Shown here: positions 1 to 13,300 of the stretch, piece after piece | Position numbering within the stretch: the first letter of the stretch is position 1 | Layout of the letters: each line of letters starts with the position of its first letter | DNA from: Auanema rhodensis | Lineage: Eukaryota > Animalia > Nematoda | DNA length: 64,000 bases | Reading direction: 5' to 3' | Assembly (NCBI GenBank): GCA_964057225.1 | Contig: OZ059895.1 | Coordinates: 18,228,001-18,292,000 of the forward strand | The notes under the pieces: generated by a model | What the model was told of the DNA's origin: nothing | The model's input: only the letters and a program-made list of their open reading frames with translations | Databases searched by the model: none | Program-made: the position numbers and the translations under genes

Positions 1-42
1 CTCCCATGCTAAGGGAGCGCTCTACTACTGAGCTATATCCCC
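1..42 (-). tRNA. tRNA-Ala(AGC), partial (cut by the window edge)
   Basis: Reverse complement GGGGATATAGCTCAGTAGTAGAGCGCTCCCTTAGCATGGGAG is the 5' part of the array tRNA. Confidence 0.9.
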
Positions 43-217
43 ACACATATACGTGTTTCAAGTTCTTTATTCACACCTACAGTACCTCGAGACTATAAAT
101 GAAATATTGGAGGTGAAACCAAGTGCTGTCTACGTTGTTTCAAATAGAAATTAATAGAATACTTTCTGTATATTGACTCTTGAAGCATATCTTAATGTCA
201 TTATCTTCTACATTTTC

Positions 218-227
218 AAAACAAAAA
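218..227 (-). terminator. Pol III oligo(dT) terminator (representative; present in each unit)
   Basis: Minus strand reads TTTTTGTTTT beginning 8 nt after the discriminator base. Confidence 0.85.
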
Positions 228-234
228 GGATTTC

Positions 235-306
235 TGGAGATATGGGGAATTGAACCCCAGCCCTCTCCCATGCTAAGGGAGCGCTCTACTACTGAGCTAT
301 ATCCCC
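235..306 (-). tRNA. tRNA-Ala(AGC), D-loop G18A variant
   Basis: Full cloverleaf, but the D-loop is AGTAGTA instead of AGTGGTA. Confidence 0.9.
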
Positions 307-1290
307 ACACATATACGTGTTTCAAGTTCTTTATTCACACCTACAGTACCTCGAGACTATAAATGAAATATTGGAGGTGAAACCAAGTGCTGTCTACGTT
401 GTTTCAAATAGAAATTAATAGAATACTTTCTGTATATTGACTCTTGAAGCATATCTTAATGTCATTATCTTCTACATTTTCAAAACAAAAAGGATTTCTG
501 GAGATATGGGGAATTGAACCCCAGCCCTCTCCCATGCTAAGGGAGCGCTCTACTACTGAGCTATATCCCCACACATATACGTGTTTCAAGTTCTTTATTC
601 ACACCTACAGTACCTCGAGACTATAAATGAAATATTGGAGGTGAAACCAAGTGCTGTCTACGTTGTTTCAAATAGAAATTAATAGAATACTTTCTGTATA
701 TTGACTCTTGAAGCATATCTTAATGTCATTATCTTCTACATTTTCAAAACAAAAAGGATTTCTGGAGATATGGGGAATTGAACCCCAGCCCTCTCCCATG
801 CTAAGGGAGCGCTCTACTACTGAGCTATATCCCCACACATATACGTGTTTCAAGTTCTTTATTCACACCTACAGTACCTCGAGACTATAAATGAAATATT
901 GGAGGTGAAACCAAGTGCTGTCTACGTTGTTTCAAATAGAAATTAATAGAATACTTTCTGTATATTGACTCTTGAAGCATATCTTAATGTCATTATCTTC
1001 TACATTTTCAAAACAAAAAGGATTTCTGGAGATATGGGGAATTGAACCCCAGCCCTCTCCCATGCTAAGGGAGCGCTCTACTACTGAGCTATATCCCCAC
1101 ACATATACGTGTTTCAAGTTCTTTATTCACACCTACAGTACCTCGAGACTATAAATGAAATATTGGAGGTGAAACCAAGTGCTGTCTACGTTGTTTCAAA
1201 TAGAAATTAATAGAATACTTTCTGTATATTGACTCTTGAAGCATATCTTAATGTCATTATCTTCTACATTTTCAAAACAAAAAGGATTTC

Positions 1291-1362
1291 TGGAGATATG
1301 GGGAATTGAACCCCAGCCCTCTCCCATGCTAAGGGAGCGCTCTACCACTGAGCTATATCCCC
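1291..1362 (-). tRNA. tRNA-Ala(AGC), consensus copy (representative of the majority class)
   Basis: GGGGATA TA GCTC AGTGGTA GAGC G CTCCC TTAGCAT GGGAG AGGGC TGGGG TTCAATT CCCCA TATCTCC A. It has a 7-bp acceptor stem with the G3:U70 Ala identity pair, A73, anticodon AGC, A and B boxes, and no encoded CCA. Very close to nematode tRNA-Ala(AGC) as I recall it. Confidence 0.97.
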
Positions 1363-4300
1363 ACACATATACGTGTTTCAAGTTCTTTATTCACACCTAC
1401 AGTACCTCGAGACTATAAATGAAATATTGGAGGTGAAACCAAGTGCTGTCTACGTTGTTTTAAATAGAAATTAATAGAATACTTTCTGTATATTGACTCT
1501 TGAAGCATATCTTAATGTCATTATCTTCTACATTTTCAAAACAAAAAGGATTTCTGGAGATATGGGGAATTGAACCCCAGCCCTCTCCCATGCTAAGGGA
1601 GCGCTCTACCACTGAGCTATATCCCCACACATATACGTGTTTCAAGTTCTTTATTCACACCTACAGTACCTCGAGACTATAAATGAAATATTGGAGGTGA
1701 AACCAAGTGCTGTCTACGTTGTTTCAAATAGAAATTAATAGAATACTTTCTGTATTATGACTCTTGAAGCATTTCTTAATGTCATCATCTTCTACATTTT
1801 CAAAACAAAAAGGATTTCTGGAGATATGGGGAATTGAACCCCAGCCCTCTCCCATGCTAAGGGAGCGCTCTACCACTGAGCTATATCCCCACACATGTAC
1901 GTGTTTCAAGTTCTTTATTCACACCTACAGTACCTCGAGACTATAAATGAAATATTGGAGGTGAAACCAAGTGCTGTCTACGTTGTTTCAAATAGAAATT
2001 AATAGAATACTTTCTGTATATTGACTCTTGAAGCATATCTTAATGTCATTATCTTCTACATTTTCAAAACAAAAAGGATTTCTGGAGATATGGGGAATTG
2101 AACCCCAGCCCTCTCCCATGCTAAGGGAGCGCTCTACCACTGAGCTATATCCCCACACATGTACGTGTTTCAAGTTCTTTATTCAAACCTACAGTACCTC
2201 GAGACTATAAATGAAATATTGGAGGTGAAACCAAGTGCTGTCTACGTTGTTTCAAATAGAAATTAATAGAATACTTCCTGTATTATGACGCTTGAAGCAT
2301 TTCTTAATGTCATTATCTTCTACATTTTCAAAACAAAAAGGATTTCTGGAGATATGGGGAATTGAACCCCAGCCCTCTCCCATGCTAAGGGAGCGCTCTA
2401 CTACTGAGCTATATCCCCACACATATACGTGTTTCATGTTCTTTATTCACACCTACAGTACCTCGAGACTATAAATGAAATATTGGAGGTGAAACCAAGT
2501 GCTGTCTACGTTGTTTCAAATAGAAATTAATAGAATACTTTCTGTATATTGACTCTTGAAGCATATCTTAATGTCATTATCTTCTACATTTTCAAAACAA
2601 AAAGGATTTCTGGAGATATGGGGAATTGAACCCCAGCCCTCTCCCATGCTAAGGGAGCGCTCTACCACTGAGCTATATCCCCACACATGTACGTGTTTCA
2701 AGTTCTTTATTCAAACCTACAGTACCTCGAGACTATAAATGAAATATTGGAGGTGAAACCAAGTGCTGTCTACGTTGTTTCAGATAGAAATTAATAGAAT
2801 ACTTTCTGTATTATGACTCTTGAAGCATTTCTTAATGTCATTATCTTCTACATTTTCAAAACAAAAAGGATTTCTGGAGATATGGGGAATTGAACCCCAG
2901 CCCTCTCCCATGCTAAGGGAGCGCTCTACCACTGAGCTATATCCCCACACATGTACGTGTTTCAAGTTCTTTATTCAAACCTACAGTACCTCGAGACTAT
3001 AAATGAAATATTGGAGGTGAAACCAAGTGCTGTCTACGTTGTTTCAAATAGAAATTAATAGAATACTTTCTGTATTATGACGCTTGAAGCATTTCTTAAT
3101 GTCATTATCTTCTACATTTTCAAAACAAAAAGGATTTCTGGAGATATGGGGAATTGAACCCCAGCCCTCTCCCATGCTAAGGGAGCGCTCTACCACTGAG
3201 CTATATCCCCACACATGTACGTGTTTCAAGTTCTTTATTCAAACCTACAGTACCTCGAGACTATAAATGAAATATTGGAGGTGAAACCAAGTGCTGTCTA
3301 CGTTGTTTCAAATAGAAATTAATAGAATACTTTCTGTATTATGACGCTTGAAGCACTTCTTAATGTCATTATCTTCTACATTTTCAAAACAAAAAGGATT
3401 TCTGGAGATATGGGGAATTGAACCCCAGCCCTCTCCCATGCTAAGGGAGCGCTCTACCACTGAGCTATATCCCCACACATGTACGTGTTTCAAGTTCTTT
3501 ATTCAAACCTACAGTACCTCGAGACTATAAATGAAATATTGGAGGTGAAACCAAGTGCTGTCTACGTTGTTTCAAATAGAAATTAATAGAATACTTCCTG
3601 TATTATGACGCTTGAAGCATTTCTTAATGTCATTATCTTCTACATTTTCAAAACAAAAAGGATTTCTGGAGATATGGGGAATTGAACCCCAGCCCTCTCC
3701 CATGCTAAGGGAGCGCTCTACTACTGAGCTATATCCCCACACATGTACGTGTCTCAAGTTCTTTATTCAAACCTACAGTACCTCGAGACTAAAAATGAAA
3801 TATTGGAGATGAAACCAAGTGCTGTCTACGTTGTTTTAAATAGAAATTAATAGAATACTTTCTGTATTATGACGCTTGAAGCATTTCCCAATGTCATTAT
3901 CTTCTACATTTTCAAAACAAAAAGGATTTCTGGAGATATGGGGAATTGAACCCCAGCCCTCTCCCATGCTAAGGGAGCGCTCTACCACTGAGCTATATCC
4001 CCACACATATACGTGTTTCAAGTTCTTTATTCACACCTACAGTACCTCGAGACTATAAATGAAATATTGGAGGTGAAACCAAGTGCTGTCTACGTTGTTT
4101 TAAATAGAAATTAATAGAATACTTTCTGTATTATGACTCTTGAAGCATTTCTTAATGTCATCATCTTCTACATTTTCAAAACAAAAAGGATTTCTGGAGA
4201 TATGGGGAATTGAACCCCAGCCCTCTCCCATGCTAAGGGAGCGCTCTACCACTGAGCTATATCCCCACACATGTACGTGTTTCAAGTTCTTTATTCACAC

Positions 4301-7300
4301 CTACAGTACCTCGAGACTATAAATGAAATATTGGAGGTGAAACCAAGTGCTGTCTACGTTGTTTCAAATAGAAATTAATAGAATACTTTCTGTATTATGA
4401 CGCTTGAAGCATTTCCCAATGTCATTATCTTCTACATTTTCAAAACAAAAAGGATTTCTGGAGATATGGGGAATTGAACCCCAGCGCTCTCCAATGCTAA
4501 GGGAGCGCTCTACCACTGAGCTATATCCCCACACATATACGTGTTTCAAGTTCTTTATTCACACCTACAGTACCTCGAGACTATAAATGAAATATTGGAG
4601 GTGAAATCAAGTGCTGTCTACGTTGTTTCAAATAGAAATTAATAGAATACTTTCTGTATTATGACGCTTGAAGCATTTCCCAATGTCATTATCTTCTACA
4701 TTTTCAAAACAAAAAGGATTTCTGGAGATATGGGGAATTGAACCCCAGCCCTCTCCCATGCTAAGGGAGCGCTCTACCACTGAGCTATATCCCCACAAAT
4801 ATACGTGTTTCAAGTTCTTTATTCACACCTACAGTACCTCGAGACTATAAATGAAATATTGGAGGTGAAATCAAGTGCTGTCTACGTTGCTTCAAATAGA
4901 AATTAATAGAATACTTTCTGTATTATGACGCTTGAAGCATTTCCCAATGTCATTATCTTCTACATTTTCAAAACAAAAAGGATTTCTGGAGATATGGGGA
5001 ATTGAACCACAGCCCTCTCCCATGCTAAGGGAGCGCTCTACCACTGAGCTATATCCCCACACATGTACGTGTTTCAAGTTCTTTATTCAAACCTTCAGTA
5101 CTTCGAGACTATAAATGAAATATTGGAGGTGAAATCAAGTGCTGTCTACGTTGTTTCAAATAGAAATTAATAGAATACTTTCTGTATTATGACGCTTGAA
5201 GCATTTCCCAATGTCATTATCTTCTACATTTTCAAAACAAAAAGGATTTCTGGAGATATGGGGAATTGAACCCCAGCCCTCTCCCATGCTAAAGGAGCGC
5301 TCCACCACTGAGCTATATCCCCACACATATACGTGTTTCAAGTTCTTTATTCACACCTACAGTACCTCGAGACTATAAATGAAATATTGGAGGTGAAATC
5401 AAGTGCTGTCTAAGTTGTTTCAGATAGAAATTAATAGAATACTTTCTGTATTATGACGCTTGAAGCATTTCTCAATGTCATTATCTTCTACATTTTCGAA
5501 ACAAAAAGGATTTCTGGAGATATGGGGAATTGAACCCCAGCCCTCTCCCATGCTAAGGGAGCGCTCTACCACTGAGCTATATCCCCACACATGTACGTGT
5601 TTCAAGTTCTTTATTCAAACCTTCAGTACTTCGAGACTATAAATGAAATATTGGAGGTTAAATCAAGTGCTGTCTACGTTGTTTCAAATAGAAATTAATA
5701 GAATACTTTCTGTATTATGACGCTTGAAGCATTTCCCAATGTCATTATCTTCTACATTTTCAAAACAAAAAGGATTTCTGGAGATATGGGGAATTGAACC
5801 CCAGCCCTCTCCCATGCTAAGGGAGCGCTCTACCACTGAGCTATATCCCCACACATGTACGTGTTTCAAGTTCTTTATTCACACCTACAGTACCTCGAGA
5901 CTATAAATGAAATATTGGAGGTGAAATCAAGTGCTGTCTACGTTGTTTCAAATAGAAATTAATAGAATACTTTCTGTAATATGACGCTTGAAGCATTTCT
6001 CAATGTCATTATCTTCTACATTTTCGAAACAAAAAGGATTTCTGGAGATATGGGGAATTGAACCCCAGCCCTCTCCCATGCTAAGGGAGCGCTCTACCAC
6101 TGAGCTATATCCCCACACATGTACGTGTTTCAAGTTCTTTATTCACACCTACAGTACCTCGAGACTATAAATGAAATATTGGAGGTGAAACCAAGTGCTG
6201 TCTACGTTGTTTCAAATAGAAATTAATAGAATACTTTCTGTATTATGACGCTTGAAGCATTTCCCAATGTCATTATCTTCTACATTTTCAAAACAAAAAG
6301 GATTTCTGGAGATATGGGGAATTGAACCCCAGCCCTCTCCCATGCTAAGGGAGCGCTCTACCACTGAGCTATATCCCCACACATGTACGTGTTTCAAGTT
6401 CTTTATTCAAACCTTCAGTACTTCGAGACTATAAATGAAATATTGGAGGTGAAACCAAGTGCTGTCTACGTTGTTTTAAATAGAAATTAATAGAATACTT
6501 TCTGTATTATGACGCTTGTAGCATTTCCCAATGTCATTATCTTCTACATTTTCAAAACAAAAAGGATTTCTGGAGATATGGGGAATTGAACCCCAGCCCT
6601 CTCCCATGCTAAGGGAGCGCTCTACCACTGAGCTATATCCCCACTCATGTACGTGTTTCAAGTTCTTTATTCAAACCTTCAGTACTTCGAGACTATAAAT
6701 GAAATATTGGAGGTTAAATCAAGTGCTGTCTACGTTGTTTCAAATAGAAATTAATAGAATACTTTCTGTATTATGACGCTTGAAGCATTTCCCAATGTCA
6801 TTATCTTCTACATTTTCAAAACAAAAAGGATTTCTGGAGATATGGGGAATTGAACCCCAGCCCTCTCCCATGCTAAGGGAGCGCTCTACCACTGAGCTAT
6901 ATCCCCACACATATACGTGTTTCAAGTTCTTTATTCACACCTACAGTACCTCGAGACTATAAATGAAATATTGGAGGTGAAATCAAGTGCTGTCTACGTT
7001 GTTTCAAATAGAAATTAATAGAATACTTTCTGTATTATGACGCTTGAAGCATTTCCCAATGTCATTATCTTCTACATTTTCAAAACAAAAAGGATTTCTG
7101 GAGATATGGGGAATTGAACCCCAGCCCTCTCCCATGCTAAGGGAGCGCTCTACCACTGAGCTATATCCCCACTCATGTACGTGTTTCAAGTTCTTTATTC
7201 AAACCTTCAGTACTTCGAGACTATAAATGAAATATTGGAGGTGAAATCAAGTGCTGTCTACGTTGTTTCAAATAGAAATTAATAGAATACTTTCTGTATT

Positions 7301-10300
7301 ATGACGCTTGAAGCATTTCTTAATGTCATTATCTTCTACATTTTCAAAACAAAAAGGATTTCTGGAGATATGGGGAATTGAACCCCAGCCCTCTCCCATG
7401 CTAAGGGAGCGCTCTACCACTGAGCTATATCCCCACACATGTACGTGTTTCAAGTTCTTTATTCAAACCTTCAGTACTTCGAGACTATAAATGAAATATT
7501 GGAGGTGAAATCAAGTGCTGTCTACGTTGTTTCAAATAGAAATTAATAGAATACTTTCTGTATTATGACGCTTGAAGCATTTCCCAATGTCATTATCTTC
7601 TACATTTTCAAAACAAAAAGGATTTCTGGAGATATGGGGAATTGAACCCCAGCCCTCTCCCATGCTAAGGGAGCGCTCTACCACTGAGCTATATCCCCAC
7701 ACATATACGTGTTTCAAGTTCTTTATTCACACCTACAGTACCTCGAGACTATAAATGAAATATTGGAGGTGAAATCAAGTGCTGTCTACGTTGTTTCAAA
7801 TAGAAATTAATAGAATACTTTCTGTATTATGACGCTTGAAGCATTTCCCAATGTCATTATCTTCTACATTTTCAAAACAAAAAGGATTTCTGGAGATATG
7901 GGGAATTGAACCCCAGCCCTCTCCCATGCTAAGGGAGCGCTCTACCACTGAGCTATATCCCCACACATATACGTGTTTCAAGTTCTTTATTCACACCTAC
8001 AGTACCTCGAGACTATAAATGAAATATTGGAGGTGAAATCAAGTGCTGTCTACGTTGTTTCAAATAGAAATTAATAGAATACTTTCTGTATTATGACGCT
8101 TGAAGCATTTCCCAATGTCATTATCTTCTACATTTTCAAAACAAAAAGGATTTCTGGAGATATGGGGAATTGAACCCCAGCCCTCTCCCATGCTAAGGGA
8201 GCGCTCTACCACTGAGCTATATCCCCACACATATACGTGTTTCAAGTTCTTTATTCACACCTACAGTACCTCGAGACTATAAATGAAATATTGGAGGTGA
8301 AATCAAGTGCTGTCTACGTTGTTTCAAATAGAAATTAATAGAATACTTTCTGTATTATGACGCTTGAAGCATTTCCCAATGTCATTATCTTCTACATTTT
8401 CAAAACAAAAAGGATTTCTGGAGATATGGGGAATTGAACCCCAGCCCTCTCCCATGCTAAGGGAGCGCTCTACCACTGAGCTATATCCCCACACATATAC
8501 GTGTTTCAAGTTCTTTATTCACACCTACAGTACCTCGAGACTATAAATGAAATATTGGAGGTGAAATCAAGTGCTGTCTACGTTGTTTCAAATAGAAATT
8601 AATAGAATACTTTCTGTATTATGACGCTTGAAGCATTTCCCAATGTCATTATCTTCTACATTTTCAAAACAAAAAGGATTTCTGGAGATATGGGGAATTG
8701 AACCCCAGCCCTCTCCCATGCTAAGGGAGCGCTCTACCACTGAGCTATATCCCCACACATGTACGTGTTTCAAGTTCTTTATTCAAACCTTCAGTACTTC
8801 GAGACTATAAATGAAATATTGGAGGTGAAATCAAGTGCTGTCTACGTTGTTTCAAATAGAAATTAATAGAATACTTTCTGTATTATGACGCTTGAAGCAT
8901 TTCCCAATGTCATTATCTTCTACATTTTCAAAACAAAAAGGATTTCTGGAGATATGGGGAATTGAACCCCAGCCCTCTCCCATGCTAAGGGAGCGCTCTA
9001 CCACTGAGCTATATCCCCACTCATGTACGTGTTTCAAGTTCTTTATTCAAACCTTCAGTACTTCGAGACTATAAATGAAATATTGGAGGTGAAATCAAGT
9101 GCTGTCTACGTTGTTTCAAATAGAAATTAATAGAATACTTTCTGTATTATGACGCTTGAAGCATTTCTTAATGTCATTATCTTCTACATTTTCAAAACAA
9201 AAAGGATTTCTGGAGATATGGGGAATTGAACCCCAGCCCTCTCCCATGCTAAGGGAGCGCTCTACCACTGAGATATATCCCCACACATGTACGTGTTTCA
9301 AGTTCTTTATTCAAACCTTCAGTACTTCGAGACTATAAATGAAATATTGGAGGTGAAATCAAGTGCTGTCTACGTTGTTTCAAATAGAAATTAATAGAAT
9401 ACTTTCTGTATTATGACGCTTGAAGCATTTCCCAATGTCATTATCTTCTACATTTTCAAAACAAAAAGGATTTCTGGAGATATGGGGAATTGAACCCCAG
9501 CCCTCTCCCATGCTAAGGGAGCGCTCTACCACTGAGCTATATCCCCACACATGTACGTGTTTCAAGTTCTTTATTCAAACCTTCAGTACTTCGAGACTAT
9601 AAATGAAATATTGGAGATGAAATCAAGTGCTGTCTACGTTGTTTCAAATAGAAATTAATAGAATACTTTCTGTATTATGACGCTTGAAGCATTTCCCAAT
9701 GTCATTATCTTCTACATTTTCAAAACAAAAAGGATTTCTGGAGATATGGGGAATTGAACCCCAGCCCTCTCCCATGCTAAGGGAGCGCTCTACCACTGAG
9801 CTATATCCCCACACATGTACGTGTTTCAAGTTCTTTATTCAAACCTTCAGTACTTCGAGACTATAAATGAAATATTGGAGATGAAATCAAGTGCTGTCTA
9901 CGTTGTTTCAAATAGAAATTAATAGAATACTTTCTGTATTATGACGCTTGAAGCATTTCTTAATGTCATTATCTTCTACATTTTCAAAACAAAAAGGATT
10001 TCTGGAGATATGGGGAATTGAACCCCAGCCCTCTCCCATGCTAAGGGAGCGCTCCACCACTGAGCTATATCCCCACACATGTACGTGTTTCAAGTTCTTT
10101 ATTCAAACCTACAGTACCTCGAGCCTATAAATGAAATATTGGAGGTGAAACCAAGTGCTGTCTACGTTGTTTCAAATAGAAATTAATAGAATACTTTCTG
10201 TTTTATGACGCTTGAAGCATTTCCCAATGTCATTATCTTCTACATTTTCAAAACAAAAAGGATTTCTGGAGATATGGGGAATTGAACCCCAGCCCTCTCC

Positions 10301-13300
10301 CATGCTAAGGGAGCGCTCTACCACTGAGCTATATCCCCACACATGTACGTGTTTCAAGTTCTTTATTCAAACCTACAGTACCTCGAGACTATAAATGAAA
10401 TATTGGAGGTGAAATCAAGTGCTGTCTACGTTGTTTCAAATAGAAATTAATAGAATACTTTCTGTATTATGACGCTTGAAGCATTTCCCAATGTCATTAT
10501 CTTCTACATTTTCAAAACAAAAAGGATTTCTGGAGATATGGGGAATTGAACCCCAGCCCTCTCCCATGCTAAGGGAGCGCTCTACCACTGAGCTATATCC
10601 CCACACATGTACGTGTTTCAAGTTCTTTATTCAAACCTTCAGTACTTCGAGACTATAAATGAAATATTGGAGATGAAACCAAGTGCTGTCTACGTTGTTT
10701 CAAATAGAAATTAATAGAATACTTTCTGTATTATGACGCTTGAAGCATTTCTTAATGTCATTATCTTCTACATTTTCAAAACAAAAAGGATTTCTGGAGA
10801 TATGGGGAATTGAACCCCAGCCCTCTCCCATGCTAAGGGAGCGCTCTACCACTGAGCTATATCCCCACACATGTACGTGTTTCAAGTTCTTTATTCAAAC
10901 CTTCAGTACTTCGAGACTATAAATGAAATATTGGAGGTGAAACCAAGTGCTGTCTACGTTGTTTCTAATAGAAATTAATAGAATACTTTCTGTATATTGA
11001 CTCTTGAAGCATATCTTAATGTCATTATCTTCTACATTTTCAAAACAAAAAGGATTTCTGGAGATATGGGGAATTGAACTCCAGCCCCCTCCCATGCTAA
11101 GGGAGCGCTCTACCACTGAGCTATATCCCCACACATGTACGTGTTTCAAGTTCTTTATTCAAACCTTCAGTACTTCGAGACTATAAATGAAATATTGGAG
11201 GTGAAACCAAGTGCTGTCTACGTTGTTTCTAATAGAAATTAATAGAATACTTTCTGTATATTGACTCTTGAAGCATATCTTAATGCCATTATCTTCTACA
11301 TTTTCAAAACAAAAATGATTTCTGGAGATATGGGGAATTGAACCCCAGCCCTCTCCCATGCTAAGGGAGCGCTCTACCACTGAGCTATATCCCCACACAT
11401 GTACGTGTTTCAAGTTCTTTATTCAAACCTACAGTACCTCGAGACTATAAATGAAATATTGGAGGTGAAATCAAGTGCTGTCTACGTTGTTTCAAATAAA
11501 AATTAATAGAATACATTCTGTATTATGACGCTTGAAGCATTTCCCAATGTCATTATCTTCTACATTTTCAAAACAAAAAGGATTTCTGGAGATATGGGGA
11601 ATTGAACCCCAGCCCTCTCCCATGCTAAGGGAGCGCTCTACCACTGAGCTATATCCCCACACATGTATGTGTTTCAAGTTCTTTATTCAAACCTACAGTA
11701 CCTCGAGACTATAAATGAAATATTGGAGGTGAAACCAAGTGCTGTCTAAGTTGTTTTAAATAGAAACTAATAGAATACTTTCTGTATTATGACGCTTGAA
11801 GCATTTCCAAATGTCATTATCTTCTACATTTAAAAAACAAAAAAGATTTCTGGAGATATGGGGAATTGAACCCCAGCCCTCTCCCATGCTAAGGGAGCGC
11901 TCTACCACTGAGCTATATCCCCACACATGTACGTGTTTCAAGTTCTTTATTCAAACCTTCAGTACTTCGAGACTGTAAATGAAATATTGGAGGTGAAACC
12001 AAGTGCTGTCTACGTTGTTTCAAATAGAAATTAATAGAATACTTTCTGAATATTGACTCATGAAGCATTTCTTAATGTCATTATCTTCTACATTTTCAAA
12101 ACAAAAAGGATTTCTGGAGATATGGGGAATTGAACCCCAGCCCTCTCCCATGCTAAGGGAGCGCTCTACCACTGAGATATATCCCCACACATGTACGTGT
12201 TTCAAGTTCTTTATTCAAACCTTCAGTACTTCGAGACTATAAATGAAATATTGGAGGTGAAATCAAGTGCTGTCTACGTTGTTTCAAATAGAAATTAATA
12301 GAATACTTTCTGTATTATGACGCTTGAAGCATTTCCCAATGTCATTATCTTCTACATTTTCAAAACAAAAAGGATTTCTGGAGATATGGGGAATTGAACC
12401 CCAGCCCTCTCCCATGCTAAGGGAGCGCTCTACCACTGAGCTATATCCCCACACATGTACGTGTTTCAAGTTCTTTATTCAAACCTTCAGTACTTCGAGA
12501 CTATAAATGAAATATTGGAGATGAAATCAAGTGCTGTCTACGTTGTTTCAAATAGAAATTAATAGAATACTTTCTGTATTATGACGCTTGAAGCATTTCT
12601 TAATGTCATTATCTTCTACATTTTCAAAACAAAAAGGATTTCTGGAGATATGGGGAATTGAACCCCAGCCCTCTCCCATGCTAAGGGAGCGCTCCACCAC
12701 TGAGCTATATCCCCACACATGTACGTGTTTCAAGTTCTTTATTCAAACCTACAGTACCTCGAGCCTATAAATGAAATATTGGAGGTGAAACCAAGTGCTG
12801 TCTACGTTGTTTCAAATAGAAATTAATAGAATACTTTCTGTTTTATGACGCTTGAAGCATTTCCCAATGTCATTATCTTCTACATTTTCAAAACAAAAAG
12901 GATTTCTGGAGATATGGGGAATTGAACCCCAGCCCTCTCCCATGCTAAGGGAGCGCTCTACCACTGAGCTATATCCCCACACATGTACGTGTTTCAAGTT
13001 CTTTATTCAAACCTACAGTACCTCGAGACTATAAATGAAATATTGGAGGTGAAATCAAGTGCTGTCTACGTTGTTTCAAATAGAAATTAATAGAATACTT
13101 TCTGTATTATGACGCTTGAAGCATTTCCCAATGTCATTATCTTCTACATTTTCAAAACAAAAAGGATTTCTGGAGATATGGGGAATTGAACCCCAGCCCT
13201 CTCCCATGCTAAGGGAGCGCTCTACCACTGAGCTATATCCCCACACATGTACGTGTTTCAAGTTCTTTATTCAAACCTTCAGTACTTCGAGACTATAAAT

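Noticed and set aside
235-498. tRNA-derived SINE as the repeat unit
   Set aside because: The cloverleaf is complete and followed immediately by a T-tract terminator. There is no SINE body, A-tail or per-unit TSD.
307-498. A second small RNA gene (5S, SL or snRNA) in the spacer
   Set aside because: No SL1 leader, 5S sequence or convincing fold was seen.
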